IMG/VR virus record: IMGVR_UViG_3300044821_000131
Location: 62,001-126,000 of that record
Length of the DNA: 64,000 bases
Reading direction: 5' to 3' (one strand)
The first letter of the stretch is position 1, and every line of letters begins with the position of its first letter. The notes below the pieces were generated by a model. It did no database searches and had not been told where the DNA came from. It saw nothing but the letters and a program-made list of their open reading frames with translations. A program made the position numbers and the translations under genes. Shown in pieces: positions 18,276 through 27,925 of this stretch.

Positions 18276-18938
18276 ATGAAAAAACATCTCGTACCGTGCC
18301 TGATCACTTTCGTTCTGTTTCTCTCGTTGTCCGCGAAAGCCGTATACCAACCACCCGAATACAGTGTGCTGCCTCTCGGCCTTTATACGGATGTGCTCGG
18401 AGTGGTGCATAACGGATTCAATGGCGGCACGAACAATTTCGCCGCTTCGACGGCAACTACCTTTACCCAAACGGTGCTGATCACCAATAACCTACCGTAT
18501 CAGTACACCACCAATTATCCGGATACGAACAAATATGACAATCTGATTGGCCAGTTTACCTATCCGCCCACACAGGTTACGGTGACCAATCCCGTAGTTT
18601 ATACCTACTTTCCTTTACTACAGGATGTGCGCAACTACTCATCCTTCGGCGTGGTATGGTCTTATAGTCTCATGGGATCCGGTACGTCAGCTTGTACACT
18701 CAATTACGATACGTCGGGTGATACTGTCAACTGGCAGACAAATGCTGGATCGATCACATTGTTGGCGAACGGTACGAGCAAGGTGACCACCAATGCCACA
18801 ATCAACATCGGCCTATTCGGGTGGGTCCGATTCACCGGTATTTCTAACACCCTTAACTCCGCAGCGGGTACGAATAACATCATCCAGATCATACTGAAAC
18901 CGAATCAAAGTGGTCCGCCCCCAATGTCCAACAATTAA
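18276..18938 (+). CDS. secreted Thr/Asn-rich protein
   Basis: Signal peptide MKKHLVPCLITFVLFLSLSAKA; beta-rich body. Confidence 0.75.
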   Translation: MKKHLVPCLITFVLFLSLSAKAVYQPPEYSVLPLGLYTDVLGVVHNGFNGGTNNFAASTATTFTQTVLITNNLPYQYTTNYPDTNKYDNLIGQFTYPPTQVTVTNPVVYTYFPLLQDVRNYSSFGVVWSYSLMGSGTSACTLNYDTSGDTVNWQTNAGSITLLANGTSKVTTNATINIGLFGWVRFTGISNTLNSAAGTNNIIQIILKPNQSGPPPMSNN

Positions 18939-20609
18939 ATGCCAATCGCTGACAAAATACCGCTCTCGCGACTGCTCGCCTACGGCGCTGGCGGCGTAGG
19001 CCTCGCGGCACTCGAGAACCGCTACATCGGCAACAATCTACCGCCCGAACTCAAAACCGTTAACGGCGTGATCGGCGCCACCACCGGTGCCATGCTGGCC
19101 TCCCATAACCCGGCCATGCAAACCGCCGCCCTCGGCTCCATCCCGTTGAAAGAAATGGCCCTGTTCGGTATCGGTGGTATGGATCGCTTCCGCCGAGCCC
19201 AGCAAGGCTTGGTCGATACCAACCTGCAGACAGCCCGCCTCAATCAAGATACGGCTCGGACTACAGCCAATGACGCAAGCAGCCGTAAAGCCATGGCCCT
19301 GGCCTTTCTGTTGCCAGCCCTAGCCGTCGGTGGCGGCGTGGCAGCCAATTCCTATATGAATTGGAAGAAGCAGCACCACAAGACGAATCCACGATTTCAG
19401 ACCCTAGCGTCCTCCGGTAAACCTCGGTCCAGTCAACGCATTCGATTGGACATTCCGCCGTCGGCATTACCCCGATCATTCTTTCAATCGCTGGGCCGCG
19501 CCACCAACGACCCCCGGGATTATACTCGATTGCAAGGTAAGGACAATGAGATGACCGTGCAGGCCAGTGAGAAGGCCCCCTCGGTAACCATGCCCGAGGT
19601 TGTGAAACAGCTTAAAGACGAACAGAAACATCTACCACTGGTGAAAGGTAAACGCGCGGAGATCCTGAAACAGGCCTACGATAGCGGCCAACGCCCCAGC
19701 CTCGCCCGAACACTCGGCGGACTCGCTTGGGGCGCCACCGGTATCCCAATGGCCCAGAATGCCTGGCGTGAGGCCGGATATGGCCTCAATACCCTCCAGC
19801 AGGGCGATTATCACGACGCCAAGCGCTACGGCATGTCTAGCGCTGCCAACGCCGCATTGGCCCTGATTGCTCTGCGTTTCAACATGCCGTTGGCAGCCAA
19901 GCTGTTTGGTAAGGCACGTATCGGTGGCGTGCTCCGTAACGATATGGCGCGTCAGGGGCTGGCACGATTTAACCCTCTGGGTAAGGGCCAGTGGAGTGAA
20001 TTTCCGACGGCTGCACGCTTCGCCAACAAGTGGGGTCTTGGTCATCAGCTCGGACCGACGCATCTCAGTCCCGACGCGCCGATGCAAGGATTCACTTCGG
20101 CTCCGGGTGGATACATCACGGGCGCTGATCGTATGGCTCGTCGCAGCGCGTTGGGCCTTAATACCCGATCACCAATCAATCGCGCCTTGGATATCCATGG
20201 TGCCTACGATCCACAGCGTTATGCGTGGTCGAACCCGACAACTTCTAATCCTTTATTCCGCAAGCTGTTGTCCACCGGTGATCCGAAGACGTTGCCAGGT
20301 CACGCGATCAATCTGTTGCGCTATGGCGCTAATCGCGGTGTGAATGCCATGTATGCCGGTAAACAGTTTATGAAACGATGGCCAAATCTTACGGGGTCAT
20401 TGGCATTACCGGCCGTAGGCGCCGTGGGTGTTGAGGCGGATCGGTATCAACAGGAGCAAGAACGCGGCAATCAGCCTGGGTTCTTGGATTCGTCACGCAA
20501 TGCACCTTCGGGGAACTACATGCCGGCGAGCACGATGTTCGGTAACATGATCGGAGCTTTTGGTGGTGGTGGTCCAATGCAGCCCCTACGCGCGCAGCTG
20601 GGAGGTTAA
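18939..20609 (+). CDS. Gly/Ala-rich putative virion protein with K-x-A motif
   Basis: 556 aa, G/A-rich hydrophobic helices, internal EILKQAY. Confidence 0.75.
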   Translation: MPIADKIPLSRLLAYGAGGVGLAALENRYIGNNLPPELKTVNGVIGATTGAMLASHNPAMQTAALGSIPLKEMALFGIGGMDRFRRAQQGLVDTNLQTARLNQDTARTTANDASSRKAMALAFLLPALAVGGGVAANSYMNWKKQHHKTNPRFQTLASSGKPRSSQRIRLDIPPSALPRSFFQSLGRATNDPRDYTRLQGKDNEMTVQASEKAPSVTMPEVVKQLKDEQKHLPLVKGKRAEILKQAYDSGQRPSLARTLGGLAWGATGIPMAQNAWREAGYGLNTLQQGDYHDAKRYGMSSAANAALALIALRFNMPLAAKLFGKARIGGVLRNDMARQGLARFNPLGKGQWSEFPTAARFANKWGLGHQLGPTHLSPDAPMQGFTSAPGGYITGADRMARRSALGLNTRSPINRALDIHGAYDPQRYAWSNPTTSNPLFRKLLSTGDPKTLPGHAINLLRYGANRGVNAMYAGKQFMKRWPNLTGSLALPAVGAVGVEADRYQQEQERGNQPGFLDSSRNAPSGNYMPASTMFGNMIGAFGGGGPMQPLRAQLGG

Positions 20610-20615
20610 ACTCTC

Positions 20616-21902
20616 ATGCCAAGCTATGCATTCAAGTGGGATCCTTCGACCGGCACCTTCAGCCTTCCTACCGGTGACCAAGTTGCTGTGCCCGTTGCGC
20701 CGTCGAATCTTGTAGCCTTGGCGGTGTCCACTACAGCTATCGTTCTCACATGGAATCCTTCTCCGACGGCGAACGTAACCTATCTGGTCTATAGGAGTCC
20801 GAATGCCTCGTTCACACCCGGCACGGATACTTTGGTAGCATCTGGATTAAGAACTACGACTTTTACCGATACTGGCCTCGCACCAAGTACAATCTATTAT
20901 TACTACGTGGCGGCAATAGTGGTGGATTACGGCTCGGTTCTATCATTGTTGAGTAATGAGGGTTGGTCGCAAACGGTGTACACAACTACCACCACTACGA
21001 CAACCACTACAACGACAACCACGACAACCACTACTACGACGACCACGCCTACGACGACCACGACGACTACTACGGCTGGTACAACCACTACAACCACCAC
21101 CACTACCACCACCACTACCACCACCACCACTACAACCACCACCACCACCACTACCACGACCACCACGACCACCACGACCACCACCACCACCACCACTACA
21201 ACGACCACCACCACGACCACCACGGCACCGCCAGATCCTATTTTATGGATGAAGGGCGATGTTGGTTTATATAAGGATCTGGGTGTGACTCTGGCTACTG
21301 TGGGTGGGGATGCAATCGAACAATGGAACGACCAAAGCGGCAGCAACAACAACTTGACACAACTCACTCTTGCACACAGACCTTATTATAATATAGCTTC
21401 TGGTAGTCCTTATAATGGAAAGCAGTTCCCAGGTTTCAGTCTGGTACTCGGAAATAATGGCAACTTAACCAAATCCCCATTTATTTTGAATCAGCCGTTC
21501 ACCGTGATGTTTAACGTAGATCTTCCATCGCTCGGCTCGCATTGGTATCCGTTTGGCTCGATTGATAATACAAAGTACATAGCTGTAAGCGGTGCTTACC
21601 AAACTATCACAGTTAATTTCGGAACGCCGTTGATCGCAGCGTCGGTTAATCCGATTGGTGTAATATCGGTTGTAGTAAATGGTGCAAGTTCTAAAATAAG
21701 ACTTAATGGAGTGGATGTCGCTACTGGTAACGTTGGAAGTTTAGGACTTACTGATTTATTGGTGGGAACTACAGACTTCCCGCAAACTTTGGGCACGAAT
21801 CCCTATTTGTTGGAAATGATAGTGCATTCCGTGCGGTCTTCTGACTCCGACATCTCGGCGTTTGAGGCTTACGTGAAATCCAAATGGAACTGGCCGCACT
21901 GA
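20616..21902 (+). CDS. FN3 + poly-Thr linker + LamG/ConA-like domain protein (mucin-like adhesin)
   Basis: FN3: APSNLVA..VSTTAIVLTWNP...YLVYRS...FTDTGLAPSTIYYYYVAA; ~80-residue Thr tract; LWMKGDVG...IEQWNDQSGSNNNLTQ. Confidence 0.85.
   Translation: MPSYAFKWDPSTGTFSLPTGDQVAVPVAPSNLVALAVSTTAIVLTWNPSPTANVTYLVYRSPNASFTPGTDTLVASGLRTTTFTDTGLAPSTIYYYYVAAIVVDYGSVLSLLSNEGWSQTVYTTTTTTTTTTTTTTTTTTTTTTPTTTTTTTTAGTTTTTTTTTTTTTTTTTTTTTTTTTTTTTTTTTTTTTTTTTTTTTTTTAPPDPILWMKGDVGLYKDLGVTLATVGGDAIEQWNDQSGSNNNLTQLTLAHRPYYNIASGSPYNGKQFPGFSLVLGNNGNLTKSPFILNQPFTVMFNVDLPSLGSHWYPFGSIDNTKYIAVSGAYQTITVNFGTPLIAASVNPIGVISVVVNGASSKIRLNGVDVATGNVGSLGLTDLLVGTTDFPQTLGTNPYLLEMIVHSVRSSDSDISAFEAYVKSKWNWPH
20982..21224 (+). repeat. 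poly-threonine coding tract (~81 codons)
   Basis: ACN codons of all four kinds, interrupted only by one Pro and Ala-Gly. Confidence 0.95.
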
Positions 21903-21904
21903 CT

Positions 21905-21933
21905 TTGAAAATTAACCATTGCGCGTTCATAAT
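21905..21933 (+). promoter_or_regulatory. sigma70-like promoter
   Basis: TTGAAA-17-CATAAT upstream of 21954. Confidence 0.45.
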
Positions 21934-21953
21934 TCCCGTGCGAGTCTTTCCTC

Positions 21954-23180
21954 ATGTGTGATCACTCACGATTCGAAATTCATGCCACCGTTGATCGTCA
22001 AGTACACGATCAAAAACTCAAATCCCTAAATCTTAAACTCGCCGTCAAATGCGTCGACTGCGGTCAAGAATTCTATGTGGCCGGCACCGCACCGGACCTG
22101 ATACTTAAAGAAAGAGAACCAGATGGCACAGTCCACACCTACGCCGCCACCCGTACCTTGCCCGTACTCGACGTGGCATCCTCCATCACGCCACTGCCTC
22201 CGCTGAGCATCATCATACCCGTGCTCAACGATAAGGATGAGGCCAATGCAACAATTCGATCAATCCGCGCAACCTCGCCGCCGGATGTGGAAATTATCGT
22301 GGTCGACGATGCCTCAGACAACGTCCTGGTGATCGAGGATAAGTCCGCACGCCTGATTCGATACAAACAACGTATAGGTGCTGGAGCTGCACGCCACGCG
22401 GGGGCATTCGAAGCCAAAGCGCCCTACTTGCTGTTGCTCGACGCGCATATGCGCTTTGATCCCGGGTGGTATGAGCCGGCCATGGCACGTCTTCGTAATA
22501 CTAAACTGAACGTCGTGTGGTGTGCTGCTTGTATGGGCCTTAGCGAGGAAAATATGGAGCTGACGCCACATACGCCGATGTACACTGGTGCTGATCTGAT
22601 CTTCTGGGACCCGATTACCAAGCGGGTGTTCGAAGGCGTGTGGCGTCCGGAGGTTCAACACGCGGACGACTATGAGATTCAGTGTTTGATGGGTGCTTGT
22701 TACTTTATGCGTCGCGATTGGTTCTTTCACATTCATGGTCTTGAGTGGAACAGGAAATGGGGCAGCGAAGAACCTTTTCTCTCGTTGAAGACTTGGCTGG
22801 CCGGCGGAACAGTGCGTCTGATGAAGAGCGTCAAGATCGGCCACAAGTTCCGCAATTCCACCCCGTACTCGACCGAGCTGTCCAGCATACTGTACAATAA
22901 GATCCGGGCGATGAAGGAACTGCTGCCCGACGAGCTGTACCAGTTTCTGCTCGCCAAGATCCCGGATGACAAAAACAAGTTTAGTGCTTTACAGCAAGTG
23001 AAATTCAGCGACGCGGACATCACTGAGGAGCAGGCATACTATAAAAAGATTTTCACACATGATGTGTACTGGTTCTTCGAGAAGTTCGGGATTAAGAATC
23101 CGCTTGACGAAACTAAGCTCGATGGTAATGTAACTTTGAGTGGCGGGTTGGCGCAGCCTGGCAGCGCGCAAGTCTCATAA
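21954..23180 (+). CDS. GT-A glycosyltransferase, polypeptide GalNAc-transferase-like (GT2/GT27)
   Basis: SIIIP, EIIVVDDAS, LLLLDAHMRFDPGW (DxH), and MGACYFMRRDWF...WGSEEPFLSLKTWLAGG...IGHKFR, which parallels the ppGalNAc-T WGGENxELSFRxWxCGG...VGHxFR block. Confidence 0.8.
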   Translation: MCDHSRFEIHATVDRQVHDQKLKSLNLKLAVKCVDCGQEFYVAGTAPDLILKEREPDGTVHTYAATRTLPVLDVASSITPLPPLSIIIPVLNDKDEANATIRSIRATSPPDVEIIVVDDASDNVLVIEDKSARLIRYKQRIGAGAARHAGAFEAKAPYLLLLDAHMRFDPGWYEPAMARLRNTKLNVVWCAACMGLSEENMELTPHTPMYTGADLIFWDPITKRVFEGVWRPEVQHADDYEIQCLMGACYFMRRDWFFHIHGLEWNRKWGSEEPFLSLKTWLAGGTVRLMKSVKIGHKFRNSTPYSTELSSILYNKIRAMKELLPDELYQFLLAKIPDDKNKFSALQQVKFSDADITEEQAYYKKIFTHDVYWFFEKFGIKNPLDETKLDGNVTLSGGLAQPGSAQVS

Positions 23181-23218
23181 ACTTGAGGTCGTTGGTTCAA
23201 ATCCAACATCCGCTCCCA
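23142..23218 (+). tRNA. tRNA with CAU anticodon (elongator Met or Ile2), CCA encoded
   Basis: Acceptor GGCGGGT/ATCCGCT, D arm GCGC/GCGC, anticodon CAAGT-CTCATAA-ACTTG, T arm GTTGG-TTCAAAT-CCAAC; lacks initiator hallmarks. Confidence 0.9.
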
Positions 23219-23219
23219 A

Positions 23220-23534
23220 TTTGCTGAGTGCTGGACTAGTGGGGTGGCTGCGACGGACATGCCCCTGCGCCGTTTCCATTACGGTGAATTTTACGGCCCG
23301 TCGACGGTAGCTTGGTACAAGCAAGTTATCGCCAGCACCAGCAAACCCTCTGCCATATGCCCCCTCCGTAAAGTCCTATCTGATATCAAGTTATTCCCAA
23401 ATGCCTAGAGCTTATTGTCAGAAATACCTATATGTTCTTCTGACAGCTCATGTTGAAAACACGTATCTGTTTATACAACATACTTGTAGGTTTGTGCGTT
23501 TGCGGATTGGAGTGAAGGACGATACGATCCGCAA
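23220..23534 (+). ncRNA. candidate structured ncRNA downstream of the tRNA
   Basis: Nested closing stem TTGCTGAGTGCTGG/CCAGCACCAGCAA with internal hairpins, plus stems at 23408-23449, 23450-23481 and 23500-23534. Confidence 0.4.
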
Positions 23535-23596
23535 TTTAATTTGACAGTACTTCTAGGCTGTGCGAGGTTGCCGCGTCACTGGTTCCTATTAAAACT

Positions 23597-23818
23597 ATGA
23601 GCAACGCATTCAGAACGGAATTGGCCGCGGCTATCAACAGGCACAGCAAAGAGAATGGCTCCGATACTCCGGACTACATTCTGGCGGAATACCTCGAACA
23701 CTGCCTGTACGTATTCGACCACGCCGTACATGCCCGGGAGATGTGGCGCCGCCCGACCGGCAACGTCTTGGATAACCTAAGTGTTCTTGGTAATCAAAGC
23801 ACATATTCAAATCGATGA
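23597..23818 (+). CDS. small phage hypothetical protein
   Basis: FRTELAAAINRHSKENGSDTPDYILAEYL. Confidence 0.75.
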   Translation: MSNAFRTELAAAINRHSKENGSDTPDYILAEYLEHCLYVFDHAVHAREMWRRPTGNVLDNLSVLGNQSTYSNR

Positions 23819-25143
23819 AACTACTTTCAATCTGTATAACCTCTTGGAATACCCGGCGCATGGTCGCCCGGAAACTGACTGCGATCGAGAGCGAGTTAAA
23901 AGACGTCGATTACGAAATCTTTGTTTACGAGCAAGGATCGGAAGATGATAGCGCCGAAATGTTACGCAATAGCCGGCGGCTTAACCAAAAGATACACGTG
24001 TTCTACGAGACCGAGAACAAAGGTCAGTGTATCTCTCGTAACTCAATGGCGTCAGCAGCCACCGGTGAGTTCATCCTGTTCTTGGATGGTGATATTGACC
24101 TCATCCCCGGCAGCATCAAAGCGATGCTTGATTTTTTACAGCACACCGATCGATCAATCGGAGCTGTGTGCTACGATGTAAAATCCGATACTCCGAATGA
24201 AGCTGACGCCACTAAAGCTGAGAATACAATTCTACTGGAAGATGTGGTGTTGACTCAGAGATTCATGTTCTTTCATTATGCCATGTGGCGCGCGGATACT
24301 GCTCTAAAGCATCCGTTACCTGAATTCGCGCCGTTCAATGGTCCAGGTTGGGGTTGTGAGGAAGATGCGGCACTGCTGTACACGCCGGGCACAACGACGG
24401 CCATTATAAAATATCGAAAGTTCTATCATGCCCGGGACCAGCGTTCCTTCAATTTTCTCGGTCAAGACGCCTTGGCCCGTAGTCGTGCCAAGCGCTGGGC
24501 CTCTCTTGCCTGTTTGAAGCAGTTGGACCCGCAGCAGATTAAAGAGTGCTTCGCCAGTCGTACCAGCCCCAATCTTGGCGGATTGCCAGCACACGTCGAA
24601 TTACCCGTTTCGAGTTTGACCTGCTCCGCAGCAATGTATGCCTTGGCGGAATACATGCCGTTTGATCATTCGGGTATGCCAAGTAAATTGGGACCGATTT
24701 GTATCGAGCATGAACTGGAGGTATTGAAAGTTGACAAATCTTTCGGGGTCAACAAGTCAACCAACAGGTGGATACCGAAGTCATGCAGCCCGATCTGGGT
24801 GTTGGCCAATGAGCCGGTGATCGCTACGAATCCGTCGAAACCGACATGCACCATACTTCGTGATCGATCGGTATGGTCATCATACGATCAGCTGCTCAAC
24901 GACGCGATCCACTGGTCGTTCTTTTATACAGACAATGTGCACATGCTGTTGCTGCTGTCACTGTCTGGAATACCGTGCGGTCTCATCGAGGACGTCAATG
25001 CTCCCGGCCGCAGGTTCGCGGTCCTCGACTACGGACTACTGCCCGACATGAACATCGATCAAGTCTTGGCCTTTAGATCGGTGGTGCAGCAACGTTGCTG
25101 TAGCCAAGTAATCATTCCTTTAACTAAAATGTTATCGATATAA
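23815..25143 (+). CDS. GT2 glycosyltransferase with C-terminal polysaccharide-modifying-like domain
   Basis: LSICITSWN, ENKGQCISRN...ATGEFILFLDGD, GWGCEE; C-terminal FYTDNVHMLLLLSLSGIP. Confidence 0.8.
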   Translation: MKLLSICITSWNTRRMVARKLTAIESELKDVDYEIFVYEQGSEDDSAEMLRNSRRLNQKIHVFYETENKGQCISRNSMASAATGEFILFLDGDIDLIPGSIKAMLDFLQHTDRSIGAVCYDVKSDTPNEADATKAENTILLEDVVLTQRFMFFHYAMWRADTALKHPLPEFAPFNGPGWGCEEDAALLYTPGTTTAIIKYRKFYHARDQRSFNFLGQDALARSRAKRWASLACLKQLDPQQIKECFASRTSPNLGGLPAHVELPVSSLTCSAAMYALAEYMPFDHSGMPSKLGPICIEHELEVLKVDKSFGVNKSTNRWIPKSCSPIWVLANEPVIATNPSKPTCTILRDRSVWSSYDQLLNDAIHWSFFYTDNVHMLLLLSLSGIPCGLIEDVNAPGRRFAVLDYGLLPDMNIDQVLAFRSVVQQRCCSQVIIPLTKMLSI

Positions 25144-25150
25144 AATTAAT

Positions 25151-25333
25151 ATGCCTGATAATAATTTCATCACGCCGCCGCCTTGCCAACGCCACAGTTG
25201 GGAGGTAGTGCGTACTGTGGCGCTGCGGTTCCCTTTACCCGGGGGATACTCGAGCAAAGTTTATCGTCCATTTGAGTACCTTCGTTGTCGACTGTGCGGC
25301 GAGGTATCGAGCCGGTGGAAGAAGATCGGATAA
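25151..25333 (+). CDS. small zinc-ribbon protein
   Basis: CQRH...RCRLCG. Confidence 0.5.
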   Translation: MPDNNFITPPPCQRHSWEVVRTVALRFPLPGGYSSKVYRPFEYLRCRLCGEVSSRWKKIG

Positions 25334-25413
25334 TCTATGCCAGACTATTGGCCTATTGTCGTTGTGTTTCTCATCGGCCTATTCTGCGGCCTGTTTAAAA
25401 CTCGACAGAAATT

Positions 25414-26313
25414 ATGAGCACCAAATACTTGTACATCCTATGCAATGCCGGCCTCACCAATCGTATGCACGCCATCGCTGGCGCCCAGCGCCTGGCCGAA
25501 AAGACTGGCCGTGAACTTCGGGTGTGGTGGCCCCTTAATCGGCACCTCAATGCCCCATTCAAGCGATTGTTCACAAATCCATTGAATCTCCTGAAGCAGT
25601 TCGAGTTGGAGCATCTGTTGGAGACCGAAACCCGAGTGAAGTTCTACGATTGCGGTCCGAAGGAGGATGCCAGTTCCGGCGGCTATAATGTGGAGCGCGA
25701 TGATCCGCACGACATCATCGCCATCAAGACGTGGTATGTACCGAAGTTTCGAGGCGAAGGATTTCAGGACGTACTGCCGGAAGTCTTGCCCACCGTACGT
25801 GGTTTTAAACCTGTGCCGGAAGTAGTGGACATGGTGAAAGAAGCTATTAAACGGATCGACGGTTGGTGCAACGATGGCATGCTGTTTGGCGTGCACATTC
25901 GATACGGCGATGTGCGTCAGTATAACCCCAACGAGTGGGACGAAGCGATCATCAAGCGTTATGCCGCTTCGAGCGTCTTTGCATTTAACGTCGCGATCGA
26001 ACGCGTGCTGACACGTTTCCCGGAGGCCAAGTTTTTCTTGGTATCTCCCAATGTGGAAATTGAAAACAGATTTCGTGCTACCTATCTGGATCGGGTGTAT
26101 TCACCACTCAAGAGCACGGAAGGTCGTCTCGGCGTTCGCGGTATGCGCGAGGCCTTGGTCGATCTCCTTCTTCTTGCGCAGACCGATCTGATACTTGGTT
26201 CGGACTTCAGTCAATTCTCGAAGGCCGCGTCCGAGCTTGGTAACGTGCCGCTGGTTCAAGTTGGGAATTGGTGCTGGGAACATAAACTGGATCATTTGCT
26301 GGATAAACTGTAA
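25414..26313 (+). CDS. fucosyltransferase-like GT-B protein (NodZ/FUT/POFUT-like)
   Basis: AGLTNRM, GVHIRYGD, ALVDLLLLAQTDLILGSDFSQFSKAA. Confidence 0.75.
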   Translation: MSTKYLYILCNAGLTNRMHAIAGAQRLAEKTGRELRVWWPLNRHLNAPFKRLFTNPLNLLKQFELEHLLETETRVKFYDCGPKEDASSGGYNVERDDPHDIIAIKTWYVPKFRGEGFQDVLPEVLPTVRGFKPVPEVVDMVKEAIKRIDGWCNDGMLFGVHIRYGDVRQYNPNEWDEAIIKRYAASSVFAFNVAIERVLTRFPEAKFFLVSPNVEIENRFRATYLDRVYSPLKSTEGRLGVRGMREALVDLLLLAQTDLILGSDFSQFSKAASELGNVPLVQVGNWCWEHKLDHLLDKL

Positions 26314-26318
26314 ATATT

Positions 26319-27173
26319 ATGAAAACAGGTTTAATTTGGGTTTCCTACGCCAAAGATGTTTTATGGTTCGCTCTCTCTGCCGCGTCATATAGGAAGTTCG
26401 CGCGTGGTTGGGACATGGCGAAGTGCATCGTCCCCAAACAGGATGAAGAACAATTCAAGCCCCTCTGCGCCAATAACGGTATCGAGTTGGAAGCACTGGA
26501 GGAATGGACGGACAAGCCCTTCAATTGGCACCAGTTCATCAAATCGACCGCGGACCAACACCTGCCTAATGCCGATGTGATCTATCATATCGATTCAGAC
26601 GCCGTGTTCGCCCAGCCATGCACGCCAAAGGACTGGATGGTGGATACCCGCATTCTGATGCCGTACACACCGTATGACGCCTTCCTCAAACGCCCGGAAG
26701 ATGAGGATGAAATGCTTACCTTTATGGGCTATACCGGCAAGAAGGTTGATTTCGATCGGGGTCAGTACAATTGGCGTTTCGCTGTGGAATACGCATTGGG
26801 GCACCGCGTGGAGCGTGAGTGTATGGCTTGGAATCCAATTGTTCACTGGCGCCAGACGTACACGAAGATGCGCGATGTGATGAATACGCGCTGGCCTGGC
26901 CGAGGGTTTGACGGGTATGTGAGATCTTGTCGCGATCAACATCCGCAAACTTTTTGTGAGTTCAACACGTTGGGAGCGATTGCTCACAAATATTTTGACA
27001 GCAGTTATTTCTGGTATGACCTTCATTTCAATGGAAAATATCCTTTCCTTGGGAAGGTAATTCAGTCATGGTCTCACGGCGGCTTGGACCGACCACATGA
27101 CTATGGAGAACAGGTCCAAGACAAATCGATAAACACGCCGCGTAAACTTTTCGAGAGCATCGGCCTATTATGA
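26319..27173 (+). CDS. GT-A fold nucleotide-sugar transferase-like protein
   Basis: YHIDSD (DxD), FCEFNTLG, within a GT cluster. Confidence 0.65.
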   Translation: MKTGLIWVSYAKDVLWFALSAASYRKFARGWDMAKCIVPKQDEEQFKPLCANNGIELEALEEWTDKPFNWHQFIKSTADQHLPNADVIYHIDSDAVFAQPCTPKDWMVDTRILMPYTPYDAFLKRPEDEDEMLTFMGYTGKKVDFDRGQYNWRFAVEYALGHRVERECMAWNPIVHWRQTYTKMRDVMNTRWPGRGFDGYVRSCRDQHPQTFCEFNTLGAIAHKYFDSSYFWYDLHFNGKYPFLGKVIQSWSHGGLDRPHDYGEQVQDKSINTPRKLFESIGLL

Positions 27174-27925
27174 GAGTATGGGTGATGACAGTCTGTCACA
27201 ACGAGGCGAAAATACTTCCGTATTTTCTGGCCCACTACAGTCAATTCGCTGAACGCATTCTGGTGTGGGACGATCAATCCACCGATGACACCCGGAAGAT
27301 ATTGGCCGCCAACCCTTGGACTACTGTGCGGGACTGGCCCTTCGATACTGGAATCGACGACGAGGCGTTCGTCAATTTCGCCCATGCGGCTTATCGCATC
27401 GCGCGCGGACGGGCAGATTGGCTGATCTACGTCGATACCGACGAGTTCATCTATCACCCGAATATCTTGCACTTTCTGACGCACAACACGGAGGGGTTGG
27501 AAGTGATTCAGACCTGCGGATTCAACATGATTGGTACTGGCACCGGCGATGGACTGCCCCCATTCAACGGTCAGCAGATATACGATCGATTTCCGATGGG
27601 CGTCCGTGCGCCGGTGTATTCGAAGCCGGTGGTTATTCGACCTGGTGTCGAGCTGCATTGGTCCCGGGGTAAACATAAGCTTGAACGCTGTGCTGTAAGG
27701 CTGAGCGCCACTCCGTTGTTGAAGCTGTTGCATTATCGGTATATGGGTCACGATTGTACCAAGACTCGAAATGCGAAGAATTACGAGCGTTGCGGACTGG
27801 TCAATGGGGACAAGGCCGCGGCTTGGACGTGTGCACCTGGGCACAGAGGAGAACATTCGGCCGTGTGGGCGGATCGCGTTGTCGGAGAAGCATTCAATGT
27901 ACTAAATTCACCATTATATGTCTAA
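27170..27925 (+). CDS. glycosyltransferase family 2 (Glyco_tranf_2_4-like)
   Basis: VCHNEAKILPYFLAHY, VWDDQSTDDT, YVDTDEF, LLHYRY. Confidence 0.85.
   Translation: MRVWVMTVCHNEAKILPYFLAHYSQFAERILVWDDQSTDDTRKILAANPWTTVRDWPFDTGIDDEAFVNFAHAAYRIARGRADWLIYVDTDEFIYHPNILHFLTHNTEGLEVIQTCGFNMIGTGTGDGLPPFNGQQIYDRFPMGVRAPVYSKPVVIRPGVELHWSRGKHKLERCAVRLSATPLLKLLHYRYMGHDCTKTRNAKNYERCGLVNGDKAAAWTCAPGHRGEHSAVWADRVVGEAFNVLNSPLYV

Noticed and set aside
20927-21367. Poly-Val (-), poly-His and poly-Pro (+) ORFs
   Set aside because: Alternative frames of the poly-Thr tract; only the Thr frame joins the FN3 and LamG-like domains.
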